The notes under the pieces were generated by a model. The model was given only the letters and a program-made list of their open reading frames with translations, did no database searches and was not told the origin of the DNA. A program made the translations under genes and the position numbers. This document shows, in pieces, positions 30,165 through 38,414 of a stretch of 64,000 nt of DNA; the stretch's first letter is position 1, and each line of letters starts with the position of its first letter. Location of the stretch: contig JAYNQW010000004.1 of NCBI GenBank assembly GCA_038114465.1, forward strand, positions 25,528 to 89,527. Direction: 5' to 3'. Source of the DNA: Rhodospirillaceae bacterium. Lineage in GTDB: Bacteria; Pseudomonadota; Alphaproteobacteria; Rhodospirillales; CALINB01.

Positions 30165-31664
30165 ATGAAAATCCACGACGTCAGCCCGCACAAGCCGGGG
30201 GAGGTTCTTGCCAAACCCGATCAACTTGCCTGGAAACTCGCCGCCGTCGCGCTGGATCCGACACCCAACGATGCCGATGCCGTCGATATGGCGATCAACC
30301 GCATCATCGATAATGCCGGTGTCGCCATTGCAGCCATCAATAATCGGGCGGTGGCGAATGCGCGTGCACAAGCCCTCGCCCACCCGCGCGAAGGGGGTGC
30401 GACCGTCTTGGGCGTGCCAAACGACACACGGGTGCATTGCGAATGGGCAGCATGGGCCAACGCCACGGCTGTGCGGGAGCTCGACTTTCATGATTACTTC
30501 GGCGGTGTCGACTCGGGCCATCCCGGCGATAATATCCCGTCCATCATTGCCGCCGCGGAGCAATGCGCATGCACCGGTGATGCCCTCGCGCGTGGCATCA
30601 TCATCGCGTATGAAACGCAAATCTCCATGGCGAAAGGGCTGAACATTAAGCGTCACGGCCTCGAGAACCTGGGCAACGTCGGCCCGGGTGTCGCCGCCGG
30701 CATCGGCGCCATGATGGGGCTGGATATCGAAACACTATACGAAGCCCTGCAACAGGCTGCCCATGTTTCACAAACTGTACGGCAAACCCGCCGGGGCGAC
30801 ATCACCAGCTGGAAAGCCTATGCGCCGGGACATGTCGGCAAACTCGCTATCGAGGCCGTCGACCGTGCACTACGCGGTGAACGCAGCCCGACGCCAATTT
30901 ACGAAGGCACCGACGGCATTCTCGCCCGCCAAGTCGGTGGTGATACGGGGCATATTCCCCTGGCAGAACCAGGCGAGCCTAAAACGCAAATCCTCGAAAC
31001 ATTCACCAAGGAACATTCGATCGGCTATCACGGCCAGGCCATCGTCGATTTGGCATTTAAGATGCGTGATCAGCTCGATAATCTGGAGAACATCGAGAGC
31101 ATCGTTCTTCTTACCAAACGTAACACCCACAACGTGATGGGATGCGGCGGCAATGATCCGCAGAAGTACGATCCCGATGCGAGCCGGGAAACCCTCGATC
31201 ATAGCGGCATGTACGCGTTTGCCGTCGCCCTTGAAGACGGTGCTTGGCATCATATCAATAGTTATTTGCCCGAGCGCACCCACCGGCCGGAGACCGTCAC
31301 GCTATGGAAGAAAATCAGCACGGTCGAGAGCGAAGAATGGAACAAGCGATACGACGACCCGCCGCCGCTGGAACGTGACCATGGGTGCCGCGCCGTCGTA
31401 ACTTATAAAGACGGTCGGCAGGTCATCGACGAACTCGGTGTTGCCAACGCTCATCCGCGCGGGGCGCGGCCCTTTGCTCGACCCGAATATATCAACAAAT
31501 ATCTGACACTCGCCGACGGCATCGTCGAGGCGGGCGAAAGCGAACGGTTTCTCGATACCGTTCAACGGCTGGCCGATTTAAAACCTGAAGAAATTTCCGG
31601 GCTGAATATTGCGCTCGATCCAGGCAAGCTTGAAATGCTAACACCGAAACGCAGTATTTTTTGA
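30165..31664 (+). CDS. MmgE/PrpD family protein (tandem paralog)
   Basis: 499 aa with RIIDNAGVAIAAIN, VRELDFHDYF and HPGDNIPSIIAAAE. It starts 10 nt after its paralog. Confidence 0.8.
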   Translation: MKIHDVSPHKPGEVLAKPDQLAWKLAAVALDPTPNDADAVDMAINRIIDNAGVAIAAINNRAVANARAQALAHPREGGATVLGVPNDTRVHCEWAAWANATAVRELDFHDYFGGVDSGHPGDNIPSIIAAAEQCACTGDALARGIIIAYETQISMAKGLNIKRHGLENLGNVGPGVAAGIGAMMGLDIETLYEALQQAAHVSQTVRQTRRGDITSWKAYAPGHVGKLAIEAVDRALRGERSPTPIYEGTDGILARQVGGDTGHIPLAEPGEPKTQILETFTKEHSIGYHGQAIVDLAFKMRDQLDNLENIESIVLLTKRNTHNVMGCGGNDPQKYDPDASRETLDHSGMYAFAVALEDGAWHHINSYLPERTHRPETVTLWKKISTVESEEWNKRYDDPPPLERDHGCRAVVTYKDGRQVIDELGVANAHPRGARPFARPEYINKYLTLADGIVEAGESERFLDTVQRLADLKPEEISGLNIALDPGKLEMLTPKRSIF

Positions 31665-31666
31665 TG

Positions 31667-32434
31667 TTACGGCCCTAAAAATCGGCCGCCGTTGACGTGA
31701 ATCGTTTGCCCGGTAATGTAGCGGCCCGCCGGCACACATAATGCGTGCACCATATTCGCGATGTTCTCGAACGACCCCATGTAACCTAGGGGTATGCTCT
31801 TGGTGCCGGCTTTATTCGCCGACTCGGGCGATGTTTTACTGCGCTCCCCGCCGATACCGCCCGGTGCGATGAGGTTCACCGTAATGTTATGCTCGGCCAG
31901 TTCCATCGCGAGGGCCCGGGTCATGCCACCGAGGCCGGCCTTACCCGCCGCAACATGAACCCGGTTCTTAGCACCCACATGGTGGCTGATACCGCCCATG
32001 TTGGCCACGACACCGCCGCCGTTTTTGATCATGTGCGGCACACACGCGCGCGTGCAAAGAAACGTTCCATCGAGAATAATGGAAAGCAACTGCTGCCATT
32101 CTTCAAGACTCATTTCAAGAAAAGGTGTTTGTTTTCGGATTGCAGCATTGTTCACGAGTATATCGATACGACCGAAACGCTCGATAATGGCATCAATTAG
32201 ACCTTTGACGGCGGTCTCGTCAGTTACATCGGCCAAATGAACCATTGCTTCGCCGCCAAGGTCCTTGATTTCCTTTTCGAGGGCTTCGGCTTCATCGCGC
32301 GAATTTTGCGCGTGCACGACAATGGCTGCCCCTTCACGTGCCAGTGATAAGGCGGATGCCCGCCCAATACGCCGAACACCGCCGGTAATTAAAGCAACCT
32401 GACCGGCTAACTGTTTGGCACCGGAATCGGGCAT
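31667..32434 (-). CDS. Short-chain dehydrogenase/reductase (FabG-like), last gene of the cupin operon
   Basis: The ATG at 32434 is preceded by AAGGAAAAGAGG. The cofactor motif TGGVRRIG, NNAA and a YxxxK-region equivalent are present. The longer ORF-track start would overlap the upstream cupin. Confidence 0.85.
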   Translation of the reverse strand: MPDSGAKQLAGQVALITGGVRRIGRASALSLAREGAAIVVHAQNSRDEAEALEKEIKDLGGEAMVHLADVTDETAVKGLIDAIIERFGRIDILVNNAAIRKQTPFLEMSLEEWQQLLSIILDGTFLCTRACVPHMIKNGGGVVANMGGISHHVGAKNRVHVAAGKAGLGGMTRALAMELAEHNITVNLIAPGGIGGERSKTSPESANKAGTKSIPLGYMGSFENIANMVHALCVPAGRYITGQTIHVNGGRFLGP

Positions 32435-32450
32435 CCTCTTTTCCTTATTC

Positions 32451-32870
32451 TTATTTTTTGTTTTCCGGTTCGAAACCGGGTTCGTACCATGGCCGGTCCA
32501 CATTTTTATCTTCGGCATACCCCATGATACCGAGTTCCGGATCACTCCCGGCATCTTTCGCCATAAAATAAATATTTAAGCCTTCGCCGATCGCAACCAT
32601 TTGGTGCAAAGCATTTGCCGGGATATGAACCATATCGCCCGGGACCATCTCATGATGTTCGCCCTCGACCATCGCTTTGAATTTTCCTTGAAGCACGTAA
32701 TTAAACTGCTCGACCTTAGGATGACGATGCGGCTGCGAACCGGACCCTTGTTTTTTCTCCACAACGCCTGCGGAAATGCGTTCGCCTTCAACCATGCCGA
32801 TTTCAGCCGAACTGATGTGGGCCGCGACCATATCGCGCTTTTCATCAATAATTCTGTGAAAATATTTCAT
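32451..32870 (-). CDS. Cupin paralog 1 (139 aa, monocupin)
   Basis: Cupin motif 1 is GSGSQPHRHPKVEQFNYVLQG and motif 2 is GDMVHIPANALHQ. The N-terminus is MKYFHRIIDE and the C-terminal tail is WYEPGFEPENKK. Confidence 0.85.
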   Translation of the reverse strand: MKYFHRIIDEKRDMVAAHISSAEIGMVEGERISAGVVEKKQGSGSQPHRHPKVEQFNYVLQGKFKAMVEGEHHEMVPGDMVHIPANALHQMVAIGEGLNIYFMAKDAGSDPELGIMGYAEDKNVDRPWYEPGFEPENKK

Positions 32871-32893
32871 GCTTAACTCCTTCGTTTTAAAAA

Positions 32894-33736
32894 TTAATGT
32901 TTTTCCGGATCATGACCTTCCGCATAGCGCGGTGTGTTAAGGCTGGGGTCTTCCGGCACCCCGAAAATACTGCGTCCCTCTTGCTTACCGACATCTTTCG
33001 CGACCACAAATACCCAGTCTTCATCGCCGACAACGATGTTGCCGTGCAGGGCGTTCGGCGGGACATACCATAAATCTCCCGGGCCGATGACTTTCTCTTC
33101 GCCTTCGACGGAAACTTCGCACCGTCCGGAAATAGTATACATGAATTGTTCGACATCCGGATGGCGATGCAGTTGAGCGCCGGTGCCAGCAGCATGGCTC
33201 ATCAACCCGATGGTAATTCGGTCACCATCAATTCGTGTTCCCTTTGTCGTCGTCATTTTAGGATTCAGTAACTCGGCATCGTTCTTATTGAATTTGAAGA
33301 AGTACTTCGAATCTTCACCTTTATCGATACCTTCGAGGACTTCTGACTCCTGACGCGGCGCACTCACGTTTGGGTCCTCCGGCACACCGCTGGTGCCCCG
33401 TTCCGGATCCTTAGCCGCATCTTTTACCATGAAAAAGATGCAGTCTTCTTCGCCGACGGCGATGATGCTGTGCAATGTATTGGCCGGGATATGAACGGCT
33501 TCACCGGGACCGATCACACGCTCCTCACCGTCAACCCAGGGCTGTAATTGGCCCTTTAAGACGAAATTAAATTGCTCAACATTCGGATGGCGGTGCGGCT
33601 GCGAACCGGTGCCGCGCTCTTTATGCACATAACCGACCGTCAAGCGCTCGCCTTTGACCCGCGCACCCTTGGAGGTCGTTATTTTTTTAGAGAACTCCTG
33701 AATGCCCATCGCCGGCAGGTTATGAACAAACGCCAT
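32894..33736 (-). CDS. Cupin paralog 2 (280 aa, bicupin made of two units of the same family)
   Basis: Two complete motif sets are present (GTGSQPHRHPNVEQF...VHIPANTLH and GTGAQLHRHPDVEQF...WYVPPNALH). The second half starts KYFFKFNKND and ends RYAEGHDPEKH. Confidence 0.85.
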   Translation of the reverse strand: MAFVHNLPAMGIQEFSKKITTSKGARVKGERLTVGYVHKERGTGSQPHRHPNVEQFNFVLKGQLQPWVDGEERVIGPGEAVHIPANTLHSIIAVGEEDCIFFMVKDAAKDPERGTSGVPEDPNVSAPRQESEVLEGIDKGEDSKYFFKFNKNDAELLNPKMTTTKGTRIDGDRITIGLMSHAAGTGAQLHRHPDVEQFMYTISGRCEVSVEGEEKVIGPGDLWYVPPNALHGNIVVGDEDWVFVVAKDVGKQEGRSIFGVPEDPSLNTPRYAEGHDPEKH

Positions 33737-33767
33737 GATTTAAGTCTCCTTAAATTCTCAATCGGCC

Positions 33768-34187
33768 TTATTTCTTTTTATCAGGCTCAAACCCGGGTTC
33801 GTACCAGGGCGTTTCCTCTGTACCTTCATCATAAACGCCGTAAATCCAGTTATCCGGATCGCTATGAGCGTCTTTCGCCATAAAATAAATATTCGGGCCG
33901 TCGCCGACAGCAACCATATGATGCAGTGCATTCGGTGGGATATGAACCATGTCACCCGGTTCCATCGTATGATGCTCGCCTTCCACCATCGATTTAAACT
34001 TGCCGGCAATCACGTAATTAAACTGCTCGACTTTGGGGTGACGGTGCGGACGGGAACCCGAGCCCTTTTCCTTTTCGATCAATCCGGCAGTAATTCGGTC
34101 GCCTTTAATGACAGCAGCATGAGCCGTTGTACGTGTGCGTTTTAAATCCGCCCGCTCTTCATCGATGATACGGTGAAAATATTTCAT
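33768..34187 (-). CDS. Cupin paralog 3 (139 aa)
   Basis: It starts MKYFHRIIDE, carries GSGSRPHRHPKVEQF and GDMVHIPPNALHH, and ends WYEPGFEPDKKK. Confidence 0.85.
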   Translation of the reverse strand: MKYFHRIIDEERADLKRTRTTAHAAVIKGDRITAGLIEKEKGSGSRPHRHPKVEQFNYVIAGKFKSMVEGEHHTMEPGDMVHIPPNALHHMVAVGDGPNIYFMAKDAHSDPDNWIYGVYDEGTEETPWYEPGFEPDKKK

Positions 34188-34225
34188 AAATGTTGCCTCC
34201 CATTTTTGCAGCTTGACTTAATTCT

Positions 34226-34645
34226 CTATTTTTTTTCATCCGGATCGAAACCGGGCTCATACCAAGGCTTCGTTGCCGTTTTATCTTCCGCTTCGCCGTA
34301 AATCCATCGTTCCGGATCGCTGATGGTATCTTTGGCCATAAAATAAATATTTTCGCCTTCACCAACAGCGACCATCTGATGAAGTGCGTTCGGCGGTATA
34401 TGGACCATATCACCTTCTTCCATGATGTGGTGTTCACCTTCGACCATGGATTTAAATTTTCCTTTGATGATGAAATTAAACTGCTCAAGTTTTGGATGAC
34501 GGTGCGGCTGCGAGCCGGACCCTTGCTCCTTTTGCACGAGACCAGCAGTAATGCGTTCGCCTTTAATGACGGCGGCATGCGCCGTACTTGTTTTGCTTTT
34601 GATACTTTTTCTGTCTTCGTCGATGATCCGATGGAAATATTTCAT
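34226..34645 (-). CDS. Cupin paralog 4 (139 aa)
   Basis: It starts MKYFHRIIDE, carries GSGSQPHRHPKLEQF and GDMVHIPPNALHQ, and ends WYEPGFDPDEKK. By hand alignment, 103 of 139 residues are identical to paralog 3. Confidence 0.85.
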   Translation of the reverse strand: MKYFHRIIDEDRKSIKSKTSTAHAAVIKGERITAGLVQKEQGSGSQPHRHPKLEQFNFIIKGKFKSMVEGEHHIMEEGDMVHIPPNALHQMVAVGEGENIYFMAKDTISDPERWIYGEAEDKTATKPWYEPGFDPDEKK

Positions 34646-34662
34646 CTCAGTGCTCCCCCTTA

Positions 34663-35088
34663 TTATTTTTTTGCGTCAGGCTCAAAGCCCGGTTCGTAAT
34701 GGGGCGTATTGGCCCCTTCCCGGTCTGGAATGCCCATAATGCCGAGCTTTTTGTCCGACTGCGCGTCTTTCGCCATAAAATATATACAGTCACCATCGCC
34801 GATGGCGACCGTTTGGTGCAATGCATTGGCCGGAATGTATACTAATCCGCCGGGGCCGATTTCGATTTGCTCGTCCTCCACTAAGGCACGCAACCGGCCT
34901 TCCAAAACATAATTGAATTGCTCCACATTGGGATGGCGGTGCGGCTGCGAGCCGGTACCGAGCGCCTTGCGCACGACGGCAACCGTCACCTTTTCACCAG
35001 AAACAGTTGCCGGCTTCGCCGTGGTATGCCGGTCCGGCAAATCATCCGGTTCTTGATTCAAAAGATCATAAAAGTATTTCGATGTCAT
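34663..35088 (-). CDS. Cupin paralog 5 (141 aa)
   Basis: It carries GTGSQPHRHPNVEQF and GGLVYIPANALHQ and ends HYEPGFEPDAKK. Confidence 0.85.
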   Translation of the reverse strand: MTSKYFYDLLNQEPDDLPDRHTTAKPATVSGEKVTVAVVRKALGTGSQPHRHPNVEQFNYVLEGRLRALVEDEQIEIGPGGLVYIPANALHQTVAIGDGDCIYFMAKDAQSDKKLGIMGIPDREGANTPHYEPGFEPDAKK

Positions 35089-35137
35089 ACCAACGGGCCT
35101 CCCTTTATTTATATTTATTAGTATTGCCTAAGCCGTT

Positions 35138-36256
35138 TTATCGGAAGTGTTTCGCTACCTCCATAAACTTGGCAAAAGATTCGGGATCGATGGAATGATC
35201 CTCTTTTTTCTTAACCGAGAATTCAAACGCCGAAAGCGTTTCTTCGATTGTTTCTTGGGCGATACCATTGGTGATGAAAACAATCCGCGTCTGATCATTC
35301 CCACCCGGAAAGGAATCGAGTTCGACCGGCGGATGAAACAGATGCTGCACCGCCTGCACGACAATCGGCGTGCCTTCGACATTCACGATACCTTTCATGC
35401 GCAAAAGGTCGCTTCCTTTAAAGGCTGAAAGCATGTTGAACCATACTTCCAGTCCCTGTGCCATCACCGGCTTGTCATAGGTGATGCAATAGGAACTGAT
35501 GTTCTCGTCGTGATGAGCGTGTTTATGACCGCTGGCATGACTATGGTCATGATCGTGAATATGAGCGTGCTCATCCGTTTTTAACCATTCTTCGATTTCA
35601 TTTTCACCCCAGCGCTCATTATCCGGATTCAGGCCAAACAACGTATCGGGGTCAACTTCACCATGAAGAATCTTATCAATCACTACGCCAGGATTAATGT
35701 GTTCAATGCGCTTGCAGAGAGTCGTGTAAGTTTCGTCATTACTGAGGTCAGTTTTGGTGATGAAAATTCGGTCGGCAACGGCGACTTGCTTGACGGATTC
35801 ATAATGATCATCAAATTGCCCGAGAGCATGCACCGAATCGACAACCGTAATAACGCCATCGACAAAAAACCAATCGCCGAGCCCACTATCGGAGATCACC
35901 GTCATCAACACCGGTACCGGATCGGCCAATCCGGTCGTCTCGACGAGCACGCGATCAAACGGCGGAATTTCGCCTTTGGCCCGGCTTTCAAGCAGGCCAC
36001 TAAGCGTATCAACAAGATCGCCCCGAACCGAACAGCATAAACATCCGCTCGATAGCAGCATGACGTCTTCATTGGGGGTCGTCATCAGCTCATGGTCGAG
36101 TGCAATATCGCCGAATTCGTTAATAATCACGGCGGCATTTTCCATGCCCGGATGCTTCAAAATCCGGTTTAACAGCGTCGTCTTGCCGCTGCCCAAAAAG
36201 CCCGTAATCACGGTCAGCGGGATAAAAGCCTTTTCAGGCCGTTCAAGTTCTTGCAT
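35138..36256 (-). CDS. COG0523/CobW-family G3E GTPase metallochaperone with His-rich insert
   Basis: The Walker A motif is GFLGSGKTTLLN and the CxCC motif is SSGCLCCSVRGD. The His-rich segment DEHAHIHDHDHSHASGHKHAHHD lies at 35507-35575. A CobW C-terminal domain is present. This is the first gene of the same-strand run with the five cupins. Confidence 0.88.
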   Translation of the reverse strand: MQELERPEKAFIPLTVITGFLGSGKTTLLNRILKHPGMENAAVIINEFGDIALDHELMTTPNEDVMLLSSGCLCCSVRGDLVDTLSGLLESRAKGEIPPFDRVLVETTGLADPVPVLMTVISDSGLGDWFFVDGVITVVDSVHALGQFDDHYESVKQVAVADRIFITKTDLSNDETYTTLCKRIEHINPGVVIDKILHGEVDPDTLFGLNPDNERWGENEIEEWLKTDEHAHIHDHDHSHASGHKHAHHDENISSYCITYDKPVMAQGLEVWFNMLSAFKGSDLLRMKGIVNVEGTPIVVQAVQHLFHPPVELDSFPGGNDQTRIVFITNGIAQETIEETLSAFEFSVKKKEDHSIDPESFAKFMEVAKHFR

Positions 36257-36311
36257 TTTCTGTTATCTCTACCCTGGTGAACGAAGATTTGATCAGAATG
36301 GACCACACTCG

Positions 36312-37088
36312 ATGACTATGGTCAACCGCCAGCACATCATCATCCCATACGGCTTAACCCATTGGGATAAAAATGTTTTTTCGAGCACGATGGGCGCCGG
36401 TGGCGATCTTGTTATCAATTGCCGTACCCGTTTTGTTGTGATCGACCCGACAGAGCACTCCCCGTTGCGCCTCAATGGTGGGCAATACGAGTTTCATGAG
36501 CCGCCGAACATGCGCTTACTACCGACGGTCCTGGATCAATTGGCCTTCCTCGAAACCCATTTTTTTGCGCTGTGCGGAACCTGGTCGAAAATGCAGCGGC
36601 TCTTTATTTCGCGTTATTTCGAATTCATTGTAAATCGGGTGGAAGCAGAGCGTTCACACCTCTCAAAATCAATTGAAGCATTCGGCAATCTTTACGAATA
36701 TCAGGATTGGGCTTACTCCGCCTTGCGGCCCCTACCACAGGCCTATGTCTTTGCTCCAAGGGGCGGCAGCGGTGAGGGACTCCCCCAGGCGGATGATTTT
36801 ATCCTTACCGACATTGTTTTTTGGACAGGTAAAAAAGTTTTCGTTCTCGATTTTTCCGATCCCAATGCGACCGATCCGTTCCAAAAGCGTAAATTTGATC
36901 GGATTAAAAATGCCGGTATCAAAATTTTACCTATGACGGCGGATATACTTGAAGACAAATCTTCATCAAACTTCGCCAATAGTTTACCTGAAGTGTTCCA
37001 AAATTTCTGGCAGGGCGAACTCGCGCCATCCCGCCCGTTCGTCGACACCAAGCTCGGCGACCTATCCATCAGCGACATCGGATTTTGA
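36312..37088 (+). CDS. Hypothetical protein (258 aa)
   Basis: The ATG at 36312 (MTMVNRQ...) is used, because the upstream part of the 35976 ORF is antisense to the COG0523 gene. No family was recognised. A terminator follows. Confidence 0.5.
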   Translation: MTMVNRQHIIIPYGLTHWDKNVFSSTMGAGGDLVINCRTRFVVIDPTEHSPLRLNGGQYEFHEPPNMRLLPTVLDQLAFLETHFFALCGTWSKMQRLFISRYFEFIVNRVEAERSHLSKSIEAFGNLYEYQDWAYSALRPLPQAYVFAPRGGSGEGLPQADDFILTDIVFWTGKKVFVLDFSDPNATDPFQKRKFDRIKNAGIKILPMTADILEDKSSSNFANSLPEVFQNFWQGELAPSRPFVDTKLGDLSISDIGF

Positions 37089-37090
37089 AC

Positions 37091-37124
37091 AAAAAAACGG
37101 CGCTCCCGAAAGAGCGCCGCTTTG
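37091..37124. terminator. Bidirectional rho-independent terminator between convergent genes
   Basis: The stem is CGGCGCTC/GAGCGCCG (37098-37105 / 37112-37119) with a 6-nt loop. A7 lies on the left and CTTTG on the right. Confidence 0.7.
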
Positions 37125-37144
37125 AAAATATAGTGGCCGAGTGA

Positions 37145-38257
37145 TCAGGACCCGACCAGTTTCGTCTTCACGAATTTCAAGATCCACTTTTTAACCTCAG
37201 GCTTGATGCCGGCGCCGCGTTTCACGACTTCGGTGGCATCTTTGCCGAACGATTGCGGATTATTGCCGAACCGCTTCTTGGTCAGCTTTTTGAACTTCTT
37301 ATCCTTGTAAACTTTCTTGATCGTCGCTTGATAGGTGTCGAGGACATCTTTGGAGACACCCGGCGGCAACCATAAACCCTTGTTCGACATGGAAATGAGA
37401 TTGATCAACGCTGTATGCGCTTCCCATTGCATGCCCGAGGGTTTTCTACCGTTCAACTTTTCGTAAATTTCACCGACGTGCGGCAGTTCAGGCATAATCG
37501 GGTCGCGACCGATGGTGCCATCCGGCTTAGCAAAACCAAGCGCAGCAAAGGTAATAACGCCTTGCTTTTGCAATTTAGCGTGATTCTGTTTGCATTTGAT
37601 CACGGTTTCCTGGCTGAACTGCAATTCACCCCGGACAACCGCTTTGCGGCGCTTACCTGTCGACAGGCCGAATAACGGCTTCACGTTGGGAATACCGAGC
37701 ATGTCGAAGGCCACGAACGAACCGAGACCGGACGAAATGGCGTTTTTATCGCCCATGAGCAAACGCCCCTTATCGGCGCCCGCTTTGCGTAATGCTTTGA
37801 CGTCAGCCAGAGCATCCGAACCGTTGACGCCGAGTTCCTTACGCGCTTGCAAGCAAATACCGAACGGCGATAGAACAATCGGGTTCCATTTCAACAAGTC
37901 AAATTTGACTTTCTTGCCACCAAAAACATAGCTGGTTTGAACCGAACCGCCGGTTGTCATGATGACAGTACCGTCTCTCGGTGCATTTTTCTGAAACCAG
38001 TTCGAACCCTTGATGCCGCCACCGCCTGGTTTATTGACAGCGAGCACCGCCGGTTTGCCCGGTAGGTATTTGCCGATAAAACTGGCAAAAATTCGACCGT
38101 ACTTATCCGTACCGCCGCCTTCTTTTGTCGGAATAATAACTTGAATCTTTTTACCGGAATAATCGGCAGCGATTCCTGTTGCCGGTGCGGCAACAATACC
38201 GGCACCGAGTACGAGAGCACCGGCCATTGTATAAAGTTTTGAATAATGACTACGCAT
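37145..38257 (-). CDS. Periplasmic solute-binding protein, Bug/TctC-like (tripartite tricarboxylate transporter receptor family)
   Basis: A signal peptide is present (AGALVLGAGIVAAPATGIAA). The family-like pattern is IIPTKEGGGTDKYGRIFA...VNKPGGGGIKGSNW...PRDGTVIM. No TctA or TctB gene is adjacent. Confidence 0.55.
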   Translation of the reverse strand: MRSHYSKLYTMAGALVLGAGIVAAPATGIAADYSGKKIQVIIPTKEGGGTDKYGRIFASFIGKYLPGKPAVLAVNKPGGGGIKGSNWFQKNAPRDGTVIMTTGGSVQTSYVFGGKKVKFDLLKWNPIVLSPFGICLQARKELGVNGSDALADVKALRKAGADKGRLLMGDKNAISSGLGSFVAFDMLGIPNVKPLFGLSTGKRRKAVVRGELQFSQETVIKCKQNHAKLQKQGVITFAALGFAKPDGTIGRDPIMPELPHVGEIYEKLNGRKPSGMQWEAHTALINLISMSNKGLWLPPGVSKDVLDTYQATIKKVYKDKKFKKLTKKRFGNNPQSFGKDATEVVKRGAGIKPEVKKWILKFVKTKLVGS

Positions 38258-38414
38258 AAGCTTCCTCCATGTTGGCTAACCTGTATCCCCATAATTTATT
38301 AGTATTCATTTGGACACTTCTCATATTAAACACCAAAATCGGGCTCTTGGCTTGCACAATCGCAACCCGCAGTTTCCGGCGGAAACCCTAGATATTTAGC
38401 GCTGATGGATGTCC

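Noticed and set aside
31667-32554. The long form (295 aa) of the SDR gene, which overlaps the 3' end of cupin 1.
   Set aside because: The first 40 codons translate the cupin tail region in another frame. The ATG at 32434 has a strong Shine-Dalgarno and yields the canonical SDR N-terminus.
35976-36311. The first ~112 codons of the 370-aa plus-strand ORF.
   Set aside because: This part is entirely antisense to the well-supported COG0523 gene. A plausible ATG at 36312 lies just past that gene's start.
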